The notes under the pieces are model-generated. The model worked only from the letters and a program-made list of their open reading frames with translations, had not been told where the DNA came from and made no database searches. Of a stretch of DNA of 64,000 nt, positions 18,799 to 27,245 are shown one piece after another. Numbering within the stretch: the stretch's first letter is position 1; every line of letters begins with the position of its first letter. Location: UHGV virus genome UHGV-1366603; one strand, written 5' to 3'. The position numbers and the translations under genes were made by a program. This stretch comes from a virus.

Positions 18799-18848
18799 GT
18801 TAGAACCCCCTCCTGGGTAACTGGGAGGGCGTTTTACGAGGGAAAACC

Positions 18849-18977
18849 ATGACTGTTGTCAATACTACCAATGCTGCAATTGGCGCTTTATACAACGCGG
18901 AACTAACATGGGGTGCGGGTTTTATCACCGTACTGCTTCTCGCCGCAGCCGCTTTTATCATTGGACGTTGGTTTTAA
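18849..18977 (+). CDS. small membrane peptide (42 aa)
   Basis: ATG with GAGGGAAAACC upstream; sequence MTVVNTTNAAIGALYNAELTWGAGFITVLLLAAAAFIIGRWF. Below the ORF-track size cutoff. Confidence 0.35.
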   Translation: MTVVNTTNAAIGALYNAELTWGAGFITVLLLAAAAFIIGRWF

Positions 18978-19010
18978 TTTCATCTTTTTTGCGTCTGTAA
19001 GGTCTGATAA

Positions 19011-19454
19011 ATGGAAATTTATTTGTTGAACGCACTTTCTAAAATCGGTGAAGAACAAGCGAAAGATTTACTCGCACTTCATTACCGTTACTTAGATCAT
19101 CAAGCAACGATGCTGAAAATCAAAACCGCTGTACCGAAATTAAACGTGCGTCAACTGATCGAAGGCAACTGTGTTGTTCTGATTTATATCGACGATGTTG
19201 CGGTGGGTTATTGCAGTTACCGCAATCGCAACGGGGTACTCAAAATTCGTTCGTTATACGTGCTGCCTGATTACCGTCAACGCGGGGTAATGAAAGAAAT
19301 CTTCAAAGCGATAGCCGCTGATGAAGCATTCGGTGAAATTGCCATTGGGATGTACACGAAGTGCAAAGAAGCGAAAGAGTATTTCATTCGTCGTGGCTAC
19401 AAAGCAACCTATTCTCACGATAAAGAATGGGTGGATTTCAGCAAAACTTTCTAA
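19011..19454 (+). CDS. GNAT-family N-acetyltransferase (putative)
   Basis: 147 aa; ..GYCSYRNRNGVLKIRSLYVLPDYRQRGVMKEIF.. resembles GNAT motif A (acetyl-CoA binding). Confidence 0.5.
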   Translation: MEIYLLNALSKIGEEQAKDLLALHYRYLDHQATMLKIKTAVPKLNVRQLIEGNCVVLIYIDDVAVGYCSYRNRNGVLKIRSLYVLPDYRQRGVMKEIFKAIAADEAFGEIAIGMYTKCKEAKEYFIRRGYKATYSHDKEWVDFSKTF

Positions 19455-19520
19455 AACAATAAAGGCTCTCTTGACGTTCCTCACTATGAGTGTGAGATTT
19501 TTACGTCAGGAGAGCTACTT

Positions 19521-19757
19521 ATGTTAAACAGTTTCGGTGTAGGTGGAATGGATACAAGCATTTGCTGGAAAGAATACGAACGCGCAAAAGCATTTCTCCA
19601 GCATCCCAACGTGGGTAAGATCGGTCAGGTGTGTTTTGGTAAACCTGAACTGACGGCCTGTATTCAAGGTGCGTTAGGAACGCTGCCACCTGAATCACCT
19701 TTCGAGCCTAAGGAGAATCCAGATGTTACCAGGAACCCAAACCCCGTATCTATTTAG
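19521..19757 (+). CDS. hypothetical protein (78 aa)
   Basis: ORF track; no motif recognised. Confidence 0.45.
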   Translation: MLNSFGVGGMDTSICWKEYERAKAFLQHPNVGKIGQVCFGKPELTACIQGALGTLPPESPFEPKENPDVTRNPNPVSI

Positions 19758-20097
19758 TGAACCACTGGATAACAGCGACATCTTACAAATCTGTTATCAG
19801 TGTCACGAAATCGGTGGTAGCGAACTTACGCGGATTAATAAACTACTGTGGCTGATTCCAGAAATCGAATTACCGTTCGTTAAACCGAGTTTGTGGCGTC
19901 GTGGTGCGTGTCGTGAAGCGTATATGCTGTCAAAATTTAACATTAATCTGGAGAAAGTCTGGGAGAAAATGAATGATGCTCAAACCCGAGAACAGATTAC
20001 GCACACGCTGGAATTGCATCTTGCCATGAAACGCCTCGGTCTTGAGCATGAAGGGCTAGAGTCCGTTATCAGTCAATGGGTGAAAAGGAATCGTTAA
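19723..20097 (+). CDS. hypothetical protein (124 aa)
   Basis: ATG with AAGGAGA upstream. Confidence 0.55.
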   Translation: MLPGTQTPYLFSEPLDNSDILQICYQCHEIGGSELTRINKLLWLIPEIELPFVKPSLWRRGACREAYMLSKFNINLEKVWEKMNDAQTREQITHTLELHLAMKRLGLEHEGLESVISQWVKRNR

Positions 20098-20170
20098 TGT
20101 CTAAAACGTATATAGCGATTTTGGTTGAGTTAGCGATTGGCGGAACGCGGTTTATCCCTGTGCATCAATT

Positions 20171-20695
20171 ATGCTTACCTCACTCGGTAAGACCGTTATG
20201 CTAACGATACTTCCAGAATCGGTTATTGACAACGACCTGTTTAACGCCCCTGAGCGCTTCAAGGTCGTTACGATAAATTGCGTAGGGGCAATGGGTCGGG
20301 GTATCGCTTTAGCGTGCAGAGAACGCTATCCTGGGCTTTATCAGGACTACCGGGAACGTTGCTTCGCTAACGAAATACGAATAGGGAATGTGTACGTTTA
20401 TCCCGAGGAAAACTGCATTCTCTTACCAACCAAAACACATTGGAAACTAAAATCCCAGGTTTCTTATGTTATCGCGGGTATCACCGCGTTGGCAGATGCC
20501 GCAGAAAACTTAGAGGGTGGGGTGGCTTTACCGCCGTTAGGGATGGCTAACGGTTGGTTGACAAAAGCTGAACGTCAACAAATCTTTTTGTTTATCGAAA
20601 AGAAACTCGTACCGAGGAGACAACATTACCGTTTCTATTTACCCGATACGCTTTATCAAGAAGCAAAACCTTTAATTCCAAACCTTTTTAAATAG
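20171..20695 (+). CDS. macrodomain protein, TARG1/DarG-like (putative ADP-ribose hydrolase)
   Basis: ..VVTINCVGAMGRGIALACRERYPGLY.. resembles TARG1 ..[24 protein letters not shown]..; downstream ..ILLPTKTHWK.. and ..VALPPLGMANGWL.. parallel TARG1 ..LITKKRASHK.. and ..LSMPRIGCGLDRL.. Start may be ATG 20171 or 20201. Confidence 0.5.
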   Translation: MLTSLGKTVMLTILPESVIDNDLFNAPERFKVVTINCVGAMGRGIALACRERYPGLYQDYRERCFANEIRIGNVYVYPEENCILLPTKTHWKLKSQVSYVIAGITALADAAENLEGGVALPPLGMANGWLTKAERQQIFLFIEKKLVPRRQHYRFYLPDTLYQEAKPLIPNLFK

Positions 20696-20795
20696 ATATT
20701 ATCATTAGGGCACACAACAAAGGAGTTCCAGCTGTCCGCGCCGTGATTTCGTTCTACGGAACACGGAAATGTATAAATCCAACTGGAGAACTAGT

Positions 20796-21482
20796 ATGTT
20801 TCGTATTTTCTTTCTTTTACTGGTAACACTTTTCGCGTTTAACGCATACGCATCCAAATCCGCACCCAGTGCCAAACACCATCGTGAATTCGAAATGATT
20901 CAAGACCGTTTCGAACGTGTAAAACCGTTGATTGTGGAAATCTCCCGAAAGCAGGGCGTCGATCCTAAGTTGATGACCACGCTAATCTATCGGGAATCGC
21001 GGTTTAATCCGAAGGCGTATAATCGAACGTCTAAAGCGCACAGTCTGGTTCAGATGCTACCGAGCACAAAGCGTAATTTGCTAAAACTCTACGGTGCCGA
21101 AATCGGACTTAGTCGTAACGCGGATTTGTATAATCCTCGTAATGCGGTGCTATTGGCTTCCGTCTACGTTAAACATTTAGAAAAGGGGTTGACTAAACGA
21201 CTCAAACGCAAGCCCACTATTGCAGAAATTGCATTGGCTTATCACTGGGGTGAAAGTGGTGCACACGCCAGGATTAAAAGCAAGTCTCGGGCAGCACAAC
21301 GAGAAATGGCGAGCTTTATGAAAGATGCAACGTTCTACAGTGCGAAAATCGACAAGCCTGTAGCATCTCGTCAGCTTGCGTTTGCGAAGAAACCAGAACG
21401 CCAGATTCAGTTAGCGGAAGTTAACCGAATTTGGGATACGATAAACACCAGTTTTCCATTTAAACAAGGAGTCACCCTTTGA
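20796..21482 (+). CDS. secreted soluble lytic transglycosylase (SLT domain), endolysin candidate
   Basis: Signal-peptide-like N-terminus MFRIFFLLLVTLFAFNAYA; SLT motifs ..LIYRESRFNPKA.. (catalytic Glu-Ser) and ..AHSLVQMLPST..; ATG at 20796 has GGAGAA upstream (ORF-track start at 20769). Confidence 0.65.
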   Translation: MFRIFFLLLVTLFAFNAYASKSAPSAKHHREFEMIQDRFERVKPLIVEISRKQGVDPKLMTTLIYRESRFNPKAYNRTSKAHSLVQMLPSTKRNLLKLYGAEIGLSRNADLYNPRNAVLLASVYVKHLEKGLTKRLKRKPTIAEIALAYHWGESGAHARIKSKSRAAQREMASFMKDATFYSAKIDKPVASRQLAFAKKPERQIQLAEVNRIWDTINTSFPFKQGVTL

Positions 21483-21988
21483 GCATCGTTGTAACCGATT
21501 GGTATAAAGGTATCACTAAGGCTACCCAAATTACTGCCCAGGACGTGTACAGTATCGTTCGTAGCAGTAACGAAGACCAGATAAAGTCCGACGAAGACTT
21601 TGCAACGCGTCATGAGTTTTACGATGCCCTTAAAACGGCTTTCGGTGATGACGAAGAAGAAGGTTTAGAGTTTGACTGGAACGTCAACCTTGCCTTGTTG
21701 TGGATTTGCGGATTACGTCCGAGTGTGAAAGACACGGAGCAAGGGAAAGTTCTGTTGTGGCGCTACACCGGTAAATACAATCCGAACCAGGTCTTTAAAG
21801 AAGCGTATATGGAAGCCACTGTAGAGTTACAGAATCTGCTGTTGGGTGAGAACACCTACTGTCAACGCAGCTTCCTGACGATTCTGGAGAAACTGGCGAC
21901 TACACACAAAATCTGGCGTCAAGCAGATGCCCCTGAACACATCTTCGTTCTGGAATATGCTGTGATTCCAAACCAACCGTTCTTTTAA
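21479..21988 (+). CDS. hypothetical protein (169 aa)
   Basis: TTG start overlapping the upstream stop, with AAGGAG upstream. Confidence 0.5.
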   Translation: MSIVVTDWYKGITKATQITAQDVYSIVRSSNEDQIKSDEDFATRHEFYDALKTAFGDDEEEGLEFDWNVNLALLWICGLRPSVKDTEQGKVLLWRYTGKYNPNQVFKEAYMEATVELQNLLLGENTYCQRSFLTILEKLATTHKIWRQADAPEHIFVLEYAVIPNQPFF

Positions 21989-21994
21989 TACTTG

Positions 21995-22030
21995 CCCCTA
22001 ATCCGATTGGATTAGGGGTACTTTTATTTA
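21995..22030 (+). terminator. rho-independent terminator (CCCCTAATCC-GATT-GGATTAGGGG + T-run)
   Basis: 10-bp perfect stem followed by TACTTTTATTTATT. Confidence 0.6.
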
Positions 22031-22051
22031 TTCCCCTAAAGGAGCAAAGGT

Positions 22052-22531
22052 ATGTTGAAGTTTATCTGGCGTTACCCAACCCGCTTTTGGTTCGTGGTAT
22101 TAGAGGTAATCACCGTTTTACTGTTAGTGACGTTCGTAAACGCCTCTACGAAACAAATGGTGATTTTCTGTGTATTCGTGGCTATACCGCTGTGGGTGTT
22201 TGCAAAGATTATTAAGTTTTACATGATAAGCTGGGCGAACTACACCTGTCCATTTAAACCCAGAGAAATCATGAACTGGTTGATGTATATCGAAGACCGT
22301 TTACCCGCTCAGTCTAAAACGTTAGGTTGGCAATCGATGTTGGATATTGCGCTAGAAACAAACGCAAAATTCCCTGGGTCAAAGAATCCTTATTTGCTGC
22401 TGGCTGTTATTGTTGCCCAGCAGAAACGTGCAGGCGAACGTTGGTTACCGAAAGAAGCGAAAGAGTATATTCGTAAACATCCGAAGGCTTTCTATTCCGT
22501 AGGTCAATGGCGTAACCTCCCACTCTTTTAA
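22052..22531 (+). CDS. membrane protein (two N-terminal TM segments), function unknown
   Basis: SD AAAGGAG; hydrophobic stretches FWFVVLEVITVLLLVTFV and MVIFCVFVAIPLWVFAKII. Confidence 0.6.
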   Translation: MLKFIWRYPTRFWFVVLEVITVLLLVTFVNASTKQMVIFCVFVAIPLWVFAKIIKFYMISWANYTCPFKPREIMNWLMYIEDRLPAQSKTLGWQSMLDIALETNAKFPGSKNPYLLLAVIVAQQKRAGERWLPKEAKEYIRKHPKAFYSVGQWRNLPLF

Positions 22532-22583
22532 CTTTTTACAAAACCCTTAGTTGATTTGAACAAACCTAAAGAGGACTATTAAA

Positions 22584-23516
22584 ATGACTTTTCCATCTGA
22601 AGTAATTTACGAACTGGCTAACACACTGCGCCGTCGTTATAACTACCATATGCTGCAAACCAGCGTAGGTGCAACCGCTACCTTTCTGCGCAACCATTTC
22701 CTAGGCAGTAATCAATCTTCAATTACGCAGGAAATGGTTTTCTCTATCGATCGAACCACCAAAATTCTTCCGATTGACAGTGCAATTGCGGTTCAAAATG
22801 GTGATATGTTCAACTTCTCCATGGGAATGCGCCATACAACCGTTACTGTTGACCCAAACGTAGGGATCGAACATTCTTTCATGCGCAACCCGTATCCTCT
22901 CCCGGATAGCTGGTTCGTTGTTGTAGAACAAGGGGTGAATCAGTACGAAGTTGTTGCGGCACGCGACGAGTCTTTCTTTGACTTGGGGCAGATTTCGCGC
23001 CGCCTGGAAATTGCTCTCGAACTTCGCCAAGGCAATATCGGATTAAATGGGGGCGTCGTCTACTTCATCCTGAGCAACTGGGCGCATGTGAGCTACGTCC
23101 TGAGAAAAGCTGACGCAACGTTCCACGCAACAGAAGTAAATTACCTCTCCGCTGAGAATGAAGATCAAGACGAAGAAGAAACCGTCCCTGGTACAGAAGT
23201 CGCCGTTTGCGAAGACTACGATGATCTGAAATCTGTGCTTGTTAAGCGCGATGTTTTCGAATCGTTAAACCTGGATTTCCCTGGTGACGAAAATGAAATA
23301 TCCGTAGCTGACCTGGTAGAAGCATTGTGTCAGAAAGACCAAGCTAATGAAATCAGTGACGAAGAAGCGGAACTCTTCCAAGTTCAACAACTCGTCAGCA
23401 AGGTTATCGGCGGCCAGGAAATCGTTGACACCCTTATGGCTTTACCAGCGAAGAAACGCACTCAAAAGTACATTCGTGAACTGGTTCTTAAAAATCTGGG
23501 TCAAACCAAAAAGTAA
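22584..23516 (+). CDS. hypothetical protein, paralog pair 2 member, acidic C-terminal region
   Basis: N-terminus MTFPSEVIYELANTLRRR and ..LNGGVVYFILSNW...EV shared with 23577..24125. Confidence 0.6.
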   Translation: MTFPSEVIYELANTLRRRYNYHMLQTSVGATATFLRNHFLGSNQSSITQEMVFSIDRTTKILPIDSAIAVQNGDMFNFSMGMRHTTVTVDPNVGIEHSFMRNPYPLPDSWFVVVEQGVNQYEVVAARDESFFDLGQISRRLEIALELRQGNIGLNGGVVYFILSNWAHVSYVLRKADATFHATEVNYLSAENEDQDEEETVPGTEVAVCEDYDDLKSVLVKRDVFESLNLDFPGDENEISVADLVEALCQKDQANEISDEEAELFQVQQLVSKVIGGQEIVDTLMALPAKKRTQKYIRELVLKNLGQTKK

Positions 23517-23523
23517 TATAAGT

Positions 23524-23557
23524 CCCCTACTCCTCCGGGAGTAGGGTTATTCTTTTT
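23524..23557 (+). terminator. rho-independent terminator (CCCTACTCC-TCCG-GGAGTAGGG + T-run)
   Basis: Member of the CCCTAC-type hairpin family. Confidence 0.6.
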
Positions 23558-23576
23558 TCCATCTTAGGAGTATTAA

Positions 23577-24125
23577 ATGTTTCCATCGTCTGAATATTTA
23601 ACCCACCTGGCTTACGGTATTCGTCGTGGTTCTGTTTTCCGTACACGTTTAAAGGATATAAATTTCCTGGCTAATTTCTTATTTGATCGTTTGGGAGATG
23701 GCAATAGCGTTTACAAAAAGATCACCACAACACAACTTTATTCCCTTATAGCAGCATCGGAAATTGTACCTACAGATATTTGGCGATTCAAACGGTATTG
23801 CGAGGGAATTACGATCAGTTTTCTTGATCATTCTCCGATTACCGTTGAAATCGTCGATCGCGTTGATATTAATAGTGAAGTATCAGGTTGGAAGATTCTG
23901 TTCGATTGTGGCAATCGTTATGCGGTACTTGGTTCCTCTGATGAGCGTGACTTCCCATTCGACAAACCCTACTACTACCTCAACGAGGATGAATTCCCGG
24001 ATAAAGAATCCAATATCTTTTTAAACGGGAATACCGTTTACTTCATTTTTCGTACCTGGAACGATGTTGCTGCTATGATTGCTCAAGGCGTCATCGATTA
24101 CCGTAAACTAGAAGTCGACATTTAA
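23577..24125 (+). CDS. hypothetical protein, paralog pair 2 member
   Basis: N-terminus MFPSSEYLTHLAYGIRR and ..LNGNTVYFIFRTW...EV. Confidence 0.6.
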   Translation: MFPSSEYLTHLAYGIRRGSVFRTRLKDINFLANFLFDRLGDGNSVYKKITTTQLYSLIAASEIVPTDIWRFKRYCEGITISFLDHSPITVEIVDRVDINSEVSGWKILFDCGNRYAVLGSSDERDFPFDKPYYYLNEDEFPDKESNIFLNGNTVYFIFRTWNDVAAMIAQGVIDYRKLEVDI

Positions 24126-24136
24126 AATAAAAGCTA

Positions 24137-24172
24137 CCCTACTCCCGAAAAGGAGTAGGGTAATTTCTTTTA
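24137..24172. terminator. bidirectional terminator between convergent genes (CCCTACTCC-CGAAAA-GGAGTAGGG, T/A runs on both sides)
   Basis: Same stem sequence as the hairpin at 23524; flanked by A-rich 5' and T-rich 3' sequence. Confidence 0.6.
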
Positions 24173-24793
24173 GTTAACTAACCCGTTAGCTTTAAGAATC
24201 TCTAACATCTGGTTGTTTAACTCTTTTAATTTTTTGTTTTCGTTTGTCAACGAAGTAACCTGTTCTGACAACGGAATAGCCTCCCGAATTTTCCTTTTCC
24301 GAGCTGCTTCCATTTGCAGGTGTTGCTCCTCCGTCACTTTCCCTTCATACTCCATGGTCGTGATTTCGACTTTCGGGTCGATACCCAACGTTCGGGTAAG
24401 AATATCCGAAACGTCTTTAGTCATCACCGACACATCTACGTAATCCGGTACAAACGATAAGTCCACTACCATCACATTACGCTGATACGCAATCCCCGAT
24501 AAACCAGGACACGATTCTACGTAAGTATCGGGGATATAAACGACTTGGCCATCGCGTGATTTAAACGTAAGTATTGACGCGTTAACGGTGGCATCAGCAA
24601 GATATTCTTCTCGCTCCAACCCGACAGGCTTGTAATACTCGTTGTAAACATCAATATTCTGACGTACTAAATCTGGGAAGGTACGTGATGCCTCCACCGT
24701 GAAGATAACCGTTTCGGCTAACGTAAACGGTGTTTTTACCTTAAATAAACCCGTTGTGTTAACGGGAACCAAAAGAGGTAAACGCGTAGCCAT
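24170..24793 (-). CDS. hypothetical protein (207 aa)
   Basis: ORF track; no motif recognised. Confidence 0.55.
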   Translation of the reverse strand: MATRLPLLVPVNTTGLFKVKTPFTLAETVIFTVEASRTFPDLVRQNIDVYNEYYKPVGLEREEYLADATVNASILTFKSRDGQVVYIPDTYVESCPGLSGIAYQRNVMVVDLSFVPDYVDVSVMTKDVSDILTRTLGIDPKVEITTMEYEGKVTEEQHLQMEAARKRKIREAIPLSEQVTSLTNENKKLKELNNQMLEILKANGLVN

Positions 24794-24796
24794 TCA

Positions 24797-26170
24797 TTAC
24801 TCCTCGTCGATTTCAGTGTACCATTTCGCTTTACGAGACAGTATGCGATATTCGACGTTATCGTATTCGAACACCCAGAAGTAGTTATCGGGATCAGCTT
24901 CATCAACGAGTTTCACGACATCCAGACTGGTCTGGTACGGATGGTATTCTTCCGCTGCGATTAACGCCTGGAAGAACAACGCTAACCACTCGGTGGTGGA
25001 TTTCGACATTCGTGCAATGTCTGGGTTTGTTGTTGCAATCAGTGCATAGTCTGGTAACGTTTCGTGTAAGGTATTCTTACGGGTGTCATTCTCAGGACCA
25101 CTGATAACCACCATGTTCAGTGATTTATACACAGTAGGTAAATCGGTAACATCCGTCGTCGGTTTGCTTACCGTTTTACTATTTCTTTCTGCAACAGACT
25201 GATCAGACCATTCCCCAAACTTTGTAATGGCTTTGACCCAGAAATCATATGGAAGGATGGGGGAATAGAGAGCCGCCACGTCTTCCTCATTCGGTATACC
25301 ACGGATTTTCCACCCCGGAACCATTGTGAATTTCGTGGTGGTAAAGATCTCAGGGAATACCTTCACTCCAATCGGAACCGTAAAGCTGGAGTTTGCAAGA
25401 ATATGTTCACGCAACGCTTGCTTTATTTTCGTTGGGTTTTTTCCTGCGCGTCCGTAAATGATAACCGACATTGGAACAACCAGTGTTGACTCGTAGTTTT
25501 CTTGGTCATGCCAGGTGTAGTAGTTAGTCTGGATGGCAGTATACGGGAACCCTGCCATTAACTCGTTGATTTTCTTATGGTGTTCGGTAAGGTTAAACCC
25601 TTCCATCGCTTTTTCAACGACTGACTTCGTGGCCAAAAACGTGTCGATTGGCTCAATCGGCATTTGCACTTCGATTTCATAACCCGTGTAGTCCTGGTCG
25701 AAGTCTTCATCCGAGAACCAAACTATGATTTGGTTATCTACATCAGTGTCATCTTGTACTTGATCTGCTGTTGCTTCATATTTCCAGCTCACCCAACGTG
25801 GGAACCAGTTACTGTTCGTCTGGATCATCGCACCGGATTGAACACCGGAAATGGTTGATTGGAATTGGCCTAATAATAGGCGCTGGAATTCAAGTTCGTC
25901 ATTTCTCAGATTCCCCAAGATGGCTTGCTGGTAAATCCATTGAGAAACGGTTAGAATATGATCAGAAAACTCGGCTGGAACAACAACCGTCTGTTTTTCT
26001 CGTTTAGACGTAAATGTCACCAACTGCACTTGCAGATTGGATTTAGTAAACGTCTGTTTACTCTTCGCGTACGAGAGGGTCAGATCAGACAGCTCACCTA
26101 CCGGAGCGGTGACGCCGTCCTGATTGTCAAACAGAGCCGGTATCTGAATAAAACCTTGTAAGTCTAACAT
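24797..26170 (-). CDS. hypothetical protein (~457 aa; start uncertain, 26170 or 26230)
   Basis: ORF track gives 24797..26230; an internal ATG at 26170 avoids overlap with the divergent gene at 26196. Confidence 0.5.
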   Translation of the reverse strand: MLDLQGFIQIPALFDNQDGVTAPVGELSDLTLSYAKSKQTFTKSNLQVQLVTFTSKREKQTVVVPAEFSDHILTVSQWIYQQAILGNLRNDELEFQRLLLGQFQSTISGVQSGAMIQTNSNWFPRWVSWKYEATADQVQDDTDVDNQIIVWFSDEDFDQDYTGYEIEVQMPIEPIDTFLATKSVVEKAMEGFNLTEHHKKINELMAGFPYTAIQTNYYTWHDQENYESTLVVPMSVIIYGRAGKNPTKIKQALREHILANSSFTVPIGVKVFPEIFTTTKFTMVPGWKIRGIPNEEDVAALYSPILPYDFWVKAITKFGEWSDQSVAERNSKTVSKPTTDVTDLPTVYKSLNMVVISGPENDTRKNTLHETLPDYALIATTNPDIARMSKSTTEWLALFFQALIAAEEYHPYQTSLDVVKLVDEADPDNYFWVFEYDNVEYRILSRKAKWYTEIDEE

Positions 26171-26195
26171 AATTAAAAATACTCCGAGGTGAGCA

Positions 26196-26699
26196 ATGGG
26201 TTCATTTCTTAAAGTGCTTCCGTTCTTCATTCAGATGTTGATGGAAGCATTTAAACCAGGAGAAGGAGAAAACGTATCAAGAGCAAACAAGATAATGACT
26301 TTAATCATCACGGTCTTGTTATCCTATTCGACTTTCGTCTCCTATGCGTACGTAGTGCAGTTTCACAAGCTCGTTACAGTACAATCTCATGATCAATACA
26401 TGTCGCAATCTTACCAAGAGATGAAGCAAGATCGTGACAAACTGAAAGATGATAATGGTAGATTATACGACAAGCTCTTTATTTGCCTCGGCCAGAAACC
26501 GCCATATGAAAGCGGGTACAGCACGGTAAAAGAAGACAACTCTACCAAAGATTTAACACCTAAGAAACCAGAAACTCCTGTTAGCCCAGCTTCAACACCA
26601 GAACAACGCAAAGAAGCTTCGGCGCGACCTGTTGGTAGTCAAAACGCTAACAGTTTCCGTCAGGAGATCATAAAGACGTTATCCTCACCTAAGGAGTAA
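26196..26699 (+). CDS. hypothetical membrane-anchored protein with disordered Ser/Pro/Lys-rich C-terminus
   Basis: SD GAGGTGA; N-terminal hydrophobic segments. Confidence 0.55.
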   Translation: MGSFLKVLPFFIQMLMEAFKPGEGENVSRANKIMTLIITVLLSYSTFVSYAYVVQFHKLVTVQSHDQYMSQSYQEMKQDRDKLKDDNGRLYDKLFICLGQKPPYESGYSTVKEDNSTKDLTPKKPETPVSPASTPEQRKEASARPVGSQNANSFRQEIIKTLSSPKE

Positions 26700-26702
26700 C
26701 TG

Positions 26703-27158
26703 ATGAAATTGCTGTTATTCATCATGATTTTGTGCGTGGGTTTGGTGAGTAATAGCTATGGAGAACCCGGTAAACGGCCATCCTATACTGCGTTACAACC
26801 TCCGCCAGCGCCGCCTATCATGCTAAATTGGAAGATTGATAAAGACGCGATGCGGGAATATGTTGCGGATGTGAATACATACGCTTATTACGTTTATCTC
26901 TACACACGAAACTTAAATCAACAAGCAGTCAAGCGCGGGTGGAATCCACCGATGTTAGCGCCTATCTGCGAACGGTTTGAAATTCCTAAATTACATTCCG
27001 TTCCAGAGAAGATGTTATTAGACGACAAAGCGTTAACGCCACAAGAAATCAGTCGCGATTTATCACGTAAACTGAATTCGTTGTTGTGGAATTATCGCTC
27101 TGACCGGCAAGCTTTATTAGACGCCTACGATCAGTATCTGACAACGTGTTTGAACTGA
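26703..27158 (+). CDS. small secreted protein (signal peptide)
   Basis: N-terminus MKLLLFIMILCVGLVSNSYG; SD TAAGGAG. Confidence 0.6.
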   Translation: MKLLLFIMILCVGLVSNSYGEPGKRPSYTALQPPPAPPIMLNWKIDKDAMREYVADVNTYAYYVYLYTRNLNQQAVKRGWNPPMLAPICERFEIPKLHSVPEKMLLDDKALTPQEISRDLSRKLNSLLWNYRSDRQALLDAYDQYLTTCLN

Positions 27159-27163
27159 CAACG

Positions 27164-27205
27164 CCTCCTGTATCCTTCGGGGTACAGGAGGTATTTTCTT
27201 TTTAA
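27164..27205 (+). terminator. rho-independent terminator (CCTCCTGTA...TACAGGAGG + TATTTTCTTTTT)
   Basis: Seen directly in the sequence after the stop at 27158. Confidence 0.55.
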
Positions 27206-27245
27206 CGTTTAACCCCCTTCTAATGTATAGAGAAAGGAGCTTAAC

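Noticed and set aside
18806-18840. Weak hairpin CCCTCC...GGAGGG followed by CGTTTTAC between two small membrane-peptide ORFs
   Set aside because: Short stem with a 10-nt loop and a poor T-run; not convincing as a terminator.
15309-20100. Search for an Mre11/SbcD-type nuclease partner of the Rad50-like ATPase
   Set aside because: No neighbouring ORF shows phosphoesterase motifs (D-x-H, GD..D, GNHD/E); none called.
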